DNA of 64,000 nucleotides from an uncultured Candidatus Saccharibacteria bacterium (GTDB lineage: Bacteria; Patescibacteriota; Minisyncoccia; Phycocordibacterales; DATDWN01), in contig CAZSNI010000001.1 of the NCBI GenBank assembly GCA_964608465.1, positions 16,215-80,214 of the forward strand, in the 5' to 3' direction. The notes beneath the pieces are model-generated. The model was given only the letters and a program-made list of their open reading frames with translations, was not told where the DNA came from and did no database searches. The position numbers were made by a program, and so were the translations under genes. Shown in pieces: positions 20,511 to 28,975 of the stretch (positions are counted from its first letter, which is position 1; every line of letters starts with the position of its first letter).

Positions 20511-20547
20511 ACAAAAAAAGGCGTGAGGGGGATAGTCCCCCTCAGCC
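20511..20547 (-). terminator. rho-independent terminator of GC-rich cassette B
   Basis: ggctgagggggactatccccctcacgcc followed by T7 on the minus strand. Confidence 0.7.
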
Positions 20548-20573
20548 CCACATCGCCGACTCAGCGTCAGTTG

Positions 20574-20750
20574 TTAGCGGTACTTACCATTACCGCTGTT
20601 GAACTCAGCGAGTCGGTCGCGTTCCTGGCGAATCGCGAGTTCACGCGCGGAATGCGCCCTGCCGAGTGCCTCCAGCTTCCGCTTCGAAGGGTTCTTCTGC
20701 CGGCGAACAACCTTCGTACCGAAACGACGACCCTTGCTTTTCTTTCCCAC
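20574..20750 (-). CDS. small highly basic protein (58 aa incl. start) in GC-rich cassette B
   Basis: GGAGG SD then GTG. Product GKKSKGRRFGTKVVRRQKNPSKRKLEALGRAHSARELAIRQERDRLAEFNSGNGKYR. About 60% GC. Confidence 0.45.
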   Translation of the reverse strand: MGKKSKGRRFGTKVVRRQKNPSKRKLEALGRAHSARELAIRQERDRLAEFNSGNGKYR

Positions 20751-20813
20751 GAGCACCTCCTAATGCATAAGTGTCCAACATTGAATGCTACACAACCTTA
20801 ACAAACTGGTCAA

Positions 20814-21713
20814 TTATTCGTGTTCGCTGATTATTTGTCCTCCCAGTGTCCTCAAATCATGCAATGCAATTTTTGCTTGTTCGTCTTTTGGTGGCTCTCC
20901 CGCAATTTCTGTTCCTGGTGGATTACCGTGCCATTTATAATCACGCTCCATAAATGAAACTCCTTTTCCAGGAATAGTTCTTGCGATAATTACCGATGGC
21001 CCGTCGAAAACTGCTTGTGCTCGCCCAACAGCCTCCACAATAGATGCAAAGTTGTGACCATCTATCTCCTCTGCATGCCAGCCAAAAGCTTCAAACTTAT
21101 GTGTAAGTGAGTCGAGAGGCATTACATCTTCAGTGTAACCATCTATCTGAATATTATTTCTATCAACTATTGCGATAAGGTTTCCGAGCCTTTCTTTTCC
21201 GGCAAGCATTATTGCTTCCCAGTTTTGTCCTTCATCTAGCTCGCCGTCACCAAGCAAACAGTAAAAAAATCTATCTGATGTTTTTCCCTTATCCATTCTG
21301 TCAGCTATTGCCATACCTACTGCTTGTGACAAACCCGCACCAAGTGGTCCTGAACTCGTTTCTAAAATAGGTAAAAATTCTCTGTGTGGATGTCCCTGCA
21401 GTCTACTTTCAAATTTTCTAAGTGTGAGTAATTCTTTTACGGGAAAGTATCCGACGTGAGCAAGAGTTGCATACAACACAGGATTTATATGACCATTTGA
21501 AAGTATCAATCTGTCTCTTTCTTCCCAAAATGGCTCCTCTGGGTTGTGTCGAAGTATATAAAAGTATAGTGCAGTAAAAATATCTGCCATTCCAAGTGGT
21601 CCAGCAGAGTGACCCGAACCAGCAGAAACTAGCATTTCAATAATTGAAATTCTTATCTCCTTTGCTTTTTCTGTAAGGAACTCTATTTTTTCGTCTGTTA
21701 AATTGTTTAACAT
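20814..21713 (-). CDS. transketolase, N-terminal (TPP-binding) subunit
   Basis: GHSAGPLGMADI...GDGELDEGQNWEA TPP-binding motifs. Confidence 0.85.
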   Translation of the reverse strand: MLNNLTDEKIEFLTEKAKEIRISIIEMLVSAGSGHSAGPLGMADIFTALYFYILRHNPEEPFWEERDRLILSNGHINPVLYATLAHVGYFPVKELLTLRKFESRLQGHPHREFLPILETSSGPLGAGLSQAVGMAIADRMDKGKTSDRFFYCLLGDGELDEGQNWEAIMLAGKERLGNLIAIVDRNNIQIDGYTEDVMPLDSLTHKFEAFGWHAEEIDGHNFASIVEAVGRAQAVFDGPSVIIARTIPGKGVSFMERDYKWHGNPPGTEIAGEPPKDEQAKIALHDLRTLGGQIISEHE

Positions 21714-21723
21714 TTTGTTTAGT

Positions 21724-22395
21724 TTAGAGAGACTCTAAATAATCAAAAACCTCTTTTGGATTAACGGCATTAAGTATTGTTCCGCCCGAAATTAGTTTAT
21801 TTACACCGCTATCTACAAGAGTTTCTGCATTGTCTTCAGTTACACCAATATCAATAGCAATTATACTATCTGGATACTTTGCTCGCAATGACTTTATCAT
21901 TTCTAAACTTTTTTCTTCGAGCTCTACTCCGTGTTTTCCTAAAAGTTGTGAGCCCATGACTTGAATAAAATCAACTTGAGGTACAAATTTTTCTATTTTT
22001 TCTATTTCTGTGTTTGGTTTTATTGCAACACCAACAGAAACATTTTTTTCTCTACAAATATCAATCACTTTTTGAAAGTCTTCTGTTGCTTCTATGTGTG
22101 CGACGATACTGGAGACTCCTGTCGCAATCCACTCAGCCACAACATCTTCTGGCTTACTTACCATTAGATGCAGCTCCACATCTGTTTCTTCCCATTTTGG
22201 CCAACCCTCCTCTTCTGTTTTAAGTTTTTCAAAATAATCTCTGTCCTGACCGTTATATGGCCATGTTCGTGTGTTTGTAAAAACACCGTCTGAAATATCT
22301 ACCTGCACAAGTTCTGCAAAATGCGAGACTTTTTCTATCTCTTCTATAAGTTGTGCTTTATTTACTGGAATTATTGCTGGAAGTACTTTAGTCAT
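21724..22395 (-). CDS. rpe: ribulose-phosphate 3-epimerase-like TIM-barrel protein
   Basis: VQVDISDGVFTNTRTW..., 223 aa. Sits in the pentose-phosphate gene context. Confidence 0.65.
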   Translation of the reverse strand: MTKVLPAIIPVNKAQLIEEIEKVSHFAELVQVDISDGVFTNTRTWPYNGQDRDYFEKLKTEEEGWPKWEETDVELHLMVSKPEDVVAEWIATGVSSIVAHIEATEDFQKVIDICREKNVSVGVAIKPNTEIEKIEKFVPQVDFIQVMGSQLLGKHGVELEEKSLEMIKSLRAKYPDSIIAIDIGVTEDNAETLVDSGVNKLISGGTILNAVNPKEVFDYLESL

Positions 22396-22399
22396 ATTT

Positions 22400-22846
22400 C
22401 TAATTATAATTTTCGATTTTTCTAATTCGTCTTACGTGACGTTCTTCGTTTGTAAATTCTGTATGAAGCCAAAGTTCTACAGCCTGCTTTGCCTCTTGAG
22501 TCGTAACAAAATGCGCGCCAATAGAAAGAATATTTGCGTCATTGTGTTCACGAGACAAAGTTAAAATATGTTTTGTGCCTCCATAAAACACAGCACAGCG
22601 TATGTTTGGGAACCTATTTGCCACCATTGCCTCCCCTTGTCCCGAAAATCCCAAAACAATTCCTTTTGCTTCTGGGTCGTTTGATACTTGTTTTGCCACC
22701 TCAGAAATATAGTCTGGATAGTCATCTTCGTGGTTATACTCGTGGGGACCACAGTCATATGCTTCTACAGATAAAGTTTTAAGATACTCAACGAGCTCTC
22801 CTTTTGTAGCAAACCCCGCATGATCTGATCCTATATAGATTTTCAT
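22400..22846 (-). CDS. rpiB: ribose-5-phosphate isomerase B
   Basis: MKIYIGSDHAGFATKGELVEYL... Start is set to the internal ATG. The longer ORF extension runs into GC-rich cassette C. Confidence 0.85.
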   Translation of the reverse strand: MKIYIGSDHAGFATKGELVEYLKTLSVEAYDCGPHEYNHEDDYPDYISEVAKQVSNDPEAKGIVLGFSGQGEAMVANRFPNIRCAVFYGGTKHILTLSREHNDANILSIGAHFVTTQEAKQAVELWLHTEFTNEERHVRRIRKIENYN

Positions 22847-22861
22847 TAGTATAATTGTATC

Positions 22862-22925
22862 AAATACTTTTACATATAGGAAAACCGCCGACTCTGTCGG
22901 CGGCCCCCCACGGGCCGCCAGTCGG
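22862..22925 (-). terminator. double-hairpin terminator module of cassette C (paralogous to 24626-24680)
   Basis: TAA ccgccgactggcgg...ccgccgacagagtcggcgg ttttcctatatg. Confidence 0.6.
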
Positions 22926-22928
22926 CGG

Positions 22929-23204
22929 TTACTTGTTGCACGAGGTACACTCGCACGGAATCTCATAGCTACTGATTCTACCCCCGCCTCCGCCGTCATT
23001 TCTGGAATGAGTACCGTGGGTACTCTTCAGACAGTTGTGCGGGTGAGAGCCTCTACATCCCTCACAGAGAATAGGTTTCTCTCCGACTCTGAAGGACGTC
23101 GGACGGAGTCGACTCGAGTCAGTGACCACAAAGCAAGAGCCGTTGGCCCCTCCAACCATACGGTGGAACCTCAAGCCATGCATAAGCTGTTCGAACGTGG
23201 GCAT
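22929..23204 (-). CDS. hypothetical Cys-rich 91-aa protein in GC-rich cassette C
   Basis: GGGGAGGG SD 4 nt before the ATG. CEGC...HNC...CECTSC cysteine pattern. Confidence 0.4.
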   Translation of the reverse strand: MPTFEQLMHGLRFHRMVGGANGSCFVVTDSSRLRPTSFRVGEKPILCEGCRGSHPHNCLKSTHGTHSRNDGGGGGRISSYEIPCECTSCNK

Positions 23205-23284
23205 TTTGCCCTCCCCTGAATAAATATAAATTAATTAAACTTTTTTGCAAGAATACCAACACGACCAAACTTTCAAAGTTAGTG

Positions 23285-23545
23285 CTATTGATTATTATTT
23301 CTCAATATCAATCTTTCAAACAAATAACCTACTATTATACTGTAGACCATGTACTCAAAAGGAATGTAGAACAAACTAAATATTTCTCCAACATATTTAC
23401 TTGCAACCTCACGAGAGAAAAAAGTAAAAAAAGAATACATCTTTTGGGAAAGTGCTGGGTTTATACCGTACAAAGCAGTAGGCCCGAACCAAAGAAACAT
23501 ATATGTCACCACTGTACCCACAAATGCGTATTTATTCTTCTCCAT
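23285..23545 (-). CDS. hypothetical small membrane protein
   Basis: 86 aa with two hydrophobic helices. AT-rich. Confidence 0.35.
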   Translation of the reverse strand: MEKNKYAFVGTVVTYMFLWFGPTALYGINPALSQKMYSFFTFFSREVASKYVGEIFSLFYIPFEYMVYSIIVGYLFERLILRNNNQ

Positions 23546-23549
23546 GAAT

Positions 23550-24569
23550 TTACTTTATAGTTTTTGCAGTCTTTACTACATGGTCAATAAGTGTATGAGT
23601 ATAACCCGCCTCGTTGTCATACCATGCCATAACTTTTATTAGATTTCCTCCAACAACTCGAGTCATTTTCAAATCCGCGATAGAACCAAAGTGACTTCCA
23701 AGTATGTCTGAAGAAACTAATTCCTCGTCTGTTGCAGAGAAAATATTATTCCATCTGTCAGACTTAGCTGCTTCTCGCAAAACATTGTTCACTTCTTCAG
23801 CATTTGTAGGTTTTTTAGAAATGAAAGTTACATCAACTATAGAGCCAGCCGGAACAGGAACACGAATAGAAATACCATCGAAAAGTCCTTCGAGACTTGT
23901 AAATGCTTTTGTTACTGCAATCGCAGCTCCAGTAGATGAAGGCACAATGTTTTGTGCAGCCGCTCTCCCTTCTCGTAAATCTTTTTTTGATGGACCATCA
24001 ACAAGTGACTGAGAAGCTGTATAACCATGCACGGTGTTTAGAATTGCTTTTTCAATACCAAAATTTTCATCAAGTATTGCAATAAGTGGTGACGCTGCGT
24101 TTGTAGTACAAGATGCGTTTGACGTCACGTCGCAAGTGCCAAACTTTTCTTCATTCACGCCCATTAAAATAGTTTCCACCTTACCTTCACCACCTTTCGC
24201 CGGAGCAGAGATAACAACTTTTTTTGCTCCAGCTTGTATGTGAACTGCTGCTTTTTCAAAATCTGTAAAAAGTCCAGTAGACTCTACTACAACATCTACT
24301 CCAAGTTCGGCCCAAGGAAGTTTCGTTGGTTCTTTTTCAGAAACAAAACGAACTGTTCTACCGTCTATAACCAAGTTGCCTCCTTCGACTTTTACATCAT
24401 GATTCCAGTTTTTATATACAGTGTCGTATTTAAGTAGATACGCCATATTGTCTACATTTCCAAGATCGTTTACAGCAACTACTTCTATTTCTTCTCTATC
24501 CCATGATCCTTTCAGAAACGCTCTTCCAATTCTACCGAAACCGTTTATTGCAACTTTTGTTTTAGCCAT
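23550..24569 (-). CDS. gap: glyceraldehyde-3-phosphate dehydrogenase
   Basis: MAKTKVAINGFGRIGR and the SNASCTTN active-site Cys. Confidence 0.9.
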   Translation of the reverse strand: MAKTKVAINGFGRIGRAFLKGSWDREEIEVVAVNDLGNVDNMAYLLKYDTVYKNWNHDVKVEGGNLVIDGRTVRFVSEKEPTKLPWAELGVDVVVESTGLFTDFEKAAVHIQAGAKKVVISAPAKGGEGKVETILMGVNEEKFGTCDVTSNASCTTNAASPLIAILDENFGIEKAILNTVHGYTASQSLVDGPSKKDLREGRAAAQNIVPSSTGAAIAVTKAFTSLEGLFDGISIRVPVPAGSIVDVTFISKKPTNAEEVNNVLREAAKSDRWNNIFSATDEELVSSDILGSHFGSIADLKMTRVVGGNLIKVMAWYDNEAGYTHTLIDHVVKTAKTIK

Positions 24570-24625
24570 TTATTTTGGGTTATATATTTTGTAATTTGTC
24601 CTAGAATTATATCATTTCGACATAA

Positions 24626-24680
24626 ATAGGAAAACCGCCGATGTATAGTCGAACGGGTTTCCGTCGACCACCTTCGGCGG
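24626..24680 (-). terminator. terminator module of cassette D (paralogous to 22862-22925)
   Basis: TAA ccgccgaaggtggtcgacggaaacccgttcgactatacatcggcgg ttttcctatttatg. Confidence 0.6.
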
Positions 24681-24791
24681 TTACTTCTTGTTGCGCTTAC
24701 GGTCTGCACAGATACCAATAGCAACGACTGCCAGGATGCAGAAGATCATAAGCGCTGCGTGGTAGTAGGGCAAGAAACGCGGAGGAATCAT
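24681..24791 (-). CDS. 36-aa single-TM peptide (peptide 2 of a coupled pair)
   Basis: MIPPRFLPYYHAALMIFCILAVVAIGICADRKRNKK. GGAGAA SD. Its ATG overlaps the peptide-1 stop (ATGA). Confidence 0.4.
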   Translation of the reverse strand: MIPPRFLPYYHAALMIFCILAVVAIGICADRKRNKK

Positions 24792-24904
24792 GCCCGGGTT
24801 CTCCGAATAACATCTCGGACACGAACATAAGCGAGTACTCGGAACATCAGGAACCCGAGCTGTATTCCCTGCCACAGATTTGGACGTTCAGCATCGAAGT
24901 GCAT
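24788..24904 (-). CDS. 38-aa amphipathic peptide (peptide 1 of a coupled pair)
   Basis: AGGAAGGAG SD 7 nt before the ATG. MHFDAERPNLWQGIQLGFLMFRVLAYVRVRDVIRRTRA. Confidence 0.4.
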   Translation of the reverse strand: MHFDAERPNLWQGIQLGFLMFRVLAYVRVRDVIRRTRA

Positions 24905-24956
24905 TCCAGATCTCCTTCCTGTTTTAAAATATCACAAACTAAATAGTTTTGAAAGG

Positions 24957-25973
24957 TTACTCAGAAACTTGTGCTGTTTCTTTTTTAGCGCTTGTACCAG
25001 CGTGGCCATCTACTTCGTATGAAGTATTTTGTGACTCAAAGAAGTTAACAAGTTCAAACACATCTGTTGCAGTGGACATCCATTTTGCAGGGTTTGTTGC
25101 ATTGTAGTATTTTGGCATTCCAAGTTCAGATAGTCTTCTGTCTGCTACATACTGCACATACTGGTTTACATAGTCAGCGTTTAGTCCCAAGATTCCGTTC
25201 GGGAACAAGTCTTTGTTGTATGCAGTTTCAAGATCCACTCCTTCGATAATTATGTTTCTTATTTCTGCTGCGAACTCTTCTGTCAGAAGTTCTGCATTTT
25301 CTTCTAGAATATTGTGAATAAGGTTAATACCAAATTTTAGGTGTAGTGACTCATCTCGCAGAACCCAGTTGATCATTGAGCCAAAGTTTCGAAGTTGGTT
25401 TCTTTGTCTAAAAGAAAGCATCACCATGAAACCAGAGTAGAACCAGATACCTTCCATCACAATATTGTACGCAACAAGGTTTCGTATAAAATCTTTTTTA
25501 CCTTCAAGAGTTTCAATATCGAGTCTGTCTTCTGTCATTCTCTTCAAATACCTCATTATGTAAGCTTCCTTTGCTTTCATAGAATCAGTCTCTAGGTGGT
25601 TGTTGTAAACCTTACTTCTATCGAAAGGAAAAGTTTCAAGAACGTACTCAAAAGCTACACAGTGGTTTGCCTCTTCCCACATTTGTTTAGCAATATACAA
25701 ATGCGCTTCTGGAGATTTAATATATGGATACACGCCAAGAGCAAGAGTTCTGTTTACTATAAGTTCTGCAGGGTTGAAAAATGACATAATAAACTCTACT
25801 GCATGTCTTTCATCCTCTGTCATTTTTGCAAAATCTTCCAAGTCTTCTTTCAAAGCGATCTCGTGTGGAAACCAAGTATTTCGAACAGCTTGGTTATACA
25901 AATCATAAGCCCACTGATATTTTATGGGGTGCAAATTTACGTCTTCTGGTGATGGTTTTCCTATTAAGCTCAT
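24957..25973 (-). CDS. nrdB: ribonucleotide reductase class I beta subunit
   Basis: Ferritin-like di-iron ligand pattern (EANHCVAFEY..., ESLHLKFG) and C-terminal tail. Confidence 0.85.
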   Translation of the reverse strand: MSLIGKPSPEDVNLHPIKYQWAYDLYNQAVRNTWFPHEIALKEDLEDFAKMTEDERHAVEFIMSFFNPAELIVNRTLALGVYPYIKSPEAHLYIAKQMWEEANHCVAFEYVLETFPFDRSKVYNNHLETDSMKAKEAYIMRYLKRMTEDRLDIETLEGKKDFIRNLVAYNIVMEGIWFYSGFMVMLSFRQRNQLRNFGSMINWVLRDESLHLKFGINLIHNILEENAELLTEEFAAEIRNIIIEGVDLETAYNKDLFPNGILGLNADYVNQYVQYVADRRLSELGMPKYYNATNPAKWMSTATDVFELVNFFESQNTSYEVDGHAGTSAKKETAQVSE

Positions 25974-25995
25974 AGTTTTTTGATTAAATAATAAT

Positions 25996-28734
25996 TTACT
26001 GACAACTTATACAAACGTTATCATCGGCGGGATCCTCGGGATAAATAATATTTGGCTTCTTAGCGGAAACGGTTTCAAGTGGTTTGTATTCATTCCTAGG
26101 AGTCTCTGGCATACTCACACTTGCAAAACCACCTGTAGTAACCGGCGTGGAATCCTCCACAACTTTAACCTGCTCGACAGCTACAGCGACTGGTTGTGTT
26201 GCTACAGCTTGCGCCACAACTTCCTCTTTAACAGCTTTTATAGGAGCGACAACTGGGATTTCTACAGGAACAACTTTTGGAGTAGACTCTGCCACATCCA
26301 TAGTTAGAGATTTCTGAAGTGGTGCAGAAAATGCTGGTGTGTTTGCAAAGTTTAGCGCACCGAAACCAACACGTCCCATTTTCTGTGATTTGTTTACAGC
26401 GGTTGTACTCTGCTCTGCAGTGTGACGAGGCTTCATGTGTAGATAGTATGTAGACTTTAGACCTTTCTCCCAAGCAGTACTGTATATTTTCATAGTCTCA
26501 TCCACGTCTCTTGTTTCTAGATACATATTTCGCGACAGTGCTTGGTCAACCCACTTTTGAGCTCTAGCGGCAACTTCTATATATGCATATGGAGAAGTTG
26601 TGAAAGAAGTTTTATAAACATCTTTTGTGTGCTGAGGGATGCCAGGAATTTCACTGATATCTCCTTGGTTCTCGATTATCGCTTCTTTTACTTCATCCCA
26701 GATTCCCATATTTTTCAAATCCTTAACCAAGTTGTGGTTAATATCCAAATATTTTCCAGAAATTTTATTTCTAGAGAAAACCTGTGCAAAACGTGCATCA
26801 ATACCTGGAGTTGTTGCGGCTACCAAACCAATGTTTGCGTTTGGAGCAACAGCCATAAGTGTTGCGTTTCGAATTCCCTTTTTAACTTTTTCTCGCAATA
26901 TATCCCAGTTGAGTCCCTTGTGTTTACTTACTTTCGAGACTGTTAGTTCTCGTCCTCTGTCTTTTTCCAAAGTAAGGATAGAATCGATTGGCACATGACC
27001 CTTTGACCACTCTGAGCCAGCAAAGTTTTTGTAAGCTCCTCTTTCCTGCGCCAAGTTTGCAGACTCGTCGATCGCCATATATGAAATAAACTCAAAAATT
27101 CTATCTGCAAAATCCCAAGCGTGTGTAGAGTCGTATGACATTCCTAGTTGCTCGATAGTGTCTGAAAATCCCATCACCCCAAGACCCACTGCTCTGTTTT
27201 CTTTGTCAGACTTTGCAGCTTCTGGGATAGGAAGAACGTTGATGTCGATAAGGTTATCCAACTGTCGTATTGCAAGACGCACTGACTCTTCTAGTCGTGA
27301 CCAGTTTACTTCTTTGTTTTTTATGTGAGCTGCTAGGTTTAGTGATGCAAGGTTACACACCGCTACATTTTCTCTATCTTGCGGAAGACAGATTTCTGTA
27401 CACAAGTTACTCATATGAATTGTTCCTGTGTTGTTGTTCAGAGCTCGAAGGTTTATTGTGTCTTTCCAAACAAGCCAAGGATGTGATGTGGTTTGTAGTG
27501 CTACAAGTATTTGTCTGTATTGTTCTGTTGCAGGAACTTTTTTAAATACTCTTAGTTTCTTTGCCTCTGCCATTTCTATGTACTGCTCATATCTAACTTT
27601 GAATGCAGCACCGTAAAGTTCGTTTAGATCTGCTGTTTCTGCAGGGTCAAACATATACCAATCTTCTCCCATAGAAACTCTTCGCATAAATTCGTCAGAA
27701 AGAAACACTGCTGTGTTTGCTGTTCGCATTCTCATGTAGTCGTCACCAGCGTTGTGTTTCCACTCTAGAAACTCAGGAAAATCGTAGTGCCAGTTTTCCA
27801 TATAGAAACAAAGCGCTCCTTTTTTCTTGCCTCCACGTTGTATGGCACGTATCGCAGTATCAATAATTTTTGCAAAAGGTGTTGGGCCAGTAGAAGTTCC
27901 TCCTCCAGAAGTTTTTAACGGTGAGCCACTAGCGCGAAGTTTTGTAACAGCAGCACCGATTCCGCCTGAACCTTTTGAAAGTAGCATCACGTCTGAAACA
28001 GACTTTGCGATGTGGTTCATGTCGTCTTGAATTTCAAGCAAGTAACAGTTTGAAAGTGCTGGACTATTTTTACCAGCTGCTAGGTTTGTAGAACCTCCTG
28101 CAACATACTCGAGGCGTGACATTTTTGCATAAAACTTTTTCGCCATTTCTGTTGGGTTTGCTTCGTTATATGAAAGCCCCATAGCGATTCTCATGAAAAA
28201 GTATTGAGGAGTTTCTAGAGGAATTTGTTTTTCATTCTTTATCAAGTATCTATTGATCAGTCCATCAAGTCCTGCATACTGAAAAAGCTCATCTCTTTGT
28301 ATGGCCAGAGCATTTGAAAGTTCGACAAGGTCAAACTTCTCTTTCATGTTCACATTTAGTTTTCCAGAAGCAACACTTTCAGTAATGTATGTAATGAAAC
28401 TATCCCGGTGTTTCTTTACAAAAACTTCTGCTTCGTCTGAACTTCGAAAATCCCTAACTACTTGTCTATAAACTGTTTTAAGTAAGAGTCTTTTTGCAAC
28501 TGTGTCGTACTCAACGTCTTCTTTAATGTTTTGAACCGCTGCGTTTATCGTTGCTTGGTCCATTTCATATTCCGTGATTCCATCGTATAGAGTAAGTTGT
28601 GTTTCTGTAGCAATCTGAGTGACTTTGGAAACTGGATCAAAAAGTCCACGACAAGCTCTTTCGATGGAACGGTTGATCCTGTCCGCGTTAAACGGCTCTT
28701 TTGTTCCATCTTGTCTTGTTACAGTTATATTCAT
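25996..28734 (-). CDS. nrdA: ribonucleotide reductase class I alpha subunit with ATP-cone and long C-terminal linker
   Basis: N-terminal ATP-cone (VTRQDGTKEPFNADRINRSIERA). Catalytic NLCTEI...Cys loop. About 100-aa Pro/Val/Ala-rich tail ending CISCQ. Confidence 0.9.
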   Translation of the reverse strand: MNITVTRQDGTKEPFNADRINRSIERACRGLFDPVSKVTQIATETQLTLYDGITEYEMDQATINAAVQNIKEDVEYDTVAKRLLLKTVYRQVVRDFRSSDEAEVFVKKHRDSFITYITESVASGKLNVNMKEKFDLVELSNALAIQRDELFQYAGLDGLINRYLIKNEKQIPLETPQYFFMRIAMGLSYNEANPTEMAKKFYAKMSRLEYVAGGSTNLAAGKNSPALSNCYLLEIQDDMNHIAKSVSDVMLLSKGSGGIGAAVTKLRASGSPLKTSGGGTSTGPTPFAKIIDTAIRAIQRGGKKKGALCFYMENWHYDFPEFLEWKHNAGDDYMRMRTANTAVFLSDEFMRRVSMGEDWYMFDPAETADLNELYGAAFKVRYEQYIEMAEAKKLRVFKKVPATEQYRQILVALQTTSHPWLVWKDTINLRALNNNTGTIHMSNLCTEICLPQDRENVAVCNLASLNLAAHIKNKEVNWSRLEESVRLAIRQLDNLIDINVLPIPEAAKSDKENRAVGLGVMGFSDTIEQLGMSYDSTHAWDFADRIFEFISYMAIDESANLAQERGAYKNFAGSEWSKGHVPIDSILTLEKDRGRELTVSKVSKHKGLNWDILREKVKKGIRNATLMAVAPNANIGLVAATTPGIDARFAQVFSRNKISGKYLDINHNLVKDLKNMGIWDEVKEAIIENQGDISEIPGIPQHTKDVYKTSFTTSPYAYIEVAARAQKWVDQALSRNMYLETRDVDETMKIYSTAWEKGLKSTYYLHMKPRHTAEQSTTAVNKSQKMGRVGFGALNFANTPAFSAPLQKSLTMDVAESTPKVVPVEIPVVAPIKAVKEEVVAQAVATQPVAVAVEQVKVVEDSTPVTTGGFASVSMPETPRNEYKPLETVSAKKPNIIYPEDPADDNVCISCQ

Positions 28735-28795
28735 ATTTTGGGATAAAATAAATTGATAAATAATCTTACTTTTTTACTTTTTTTCGAAAAAAATA

Positions 28796-28828
28796 TGCGA
28801 TTTTCAAGTTTTTTAACTCAAAATCGCA
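28796..28828. promoter_or_regulatory. 9-bp inverted repeat (tgcgatttt-N15-aaaatcgca) upstream of nrdA
   Basis: Palindromic element about 60-95 bp upstream of the nrdA ATG. Candidate operator. Confidence 0.3.
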
Positions 28829-28975
28829 AAATTTTTCTGTTTTAGTTCATTTATTGTACTCCAAATTCAAAACAAAAAACTGTGGATAACCCCTTCCAGA
28901 ATACTTCAAAATATAAAACTTTTTATGTAAAGTTTTACCGCTTAAAAAGACCTAAAAAATAGGAAATCGGAGAAA

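Noticed and set aside
22847-22999. N-terminal 51-aa extension of the rpiB ORF (MTAEAGVESV...).
   Set aside because: The extension runs through the cassette-C terminator hairpin and GC-rich DNA. The conserved RpiB N-terminus MKIYIGSDHAG begins at the internal ATG (22846).
22860-23225. GC-rich islands (C, F and others) considered as housekeeping ncRNAs (tmRNA, RNase P RNA, SRP RNA), which are GC-rich in AT-rich genomes.
   Set aside because: No RNase P P4 (AGGAAAGTCCGG), tmRNA tag/T-arm or SRP domain-IV consensus was found. Each island has an SD-preceded ORF ending precisely at a terminator.
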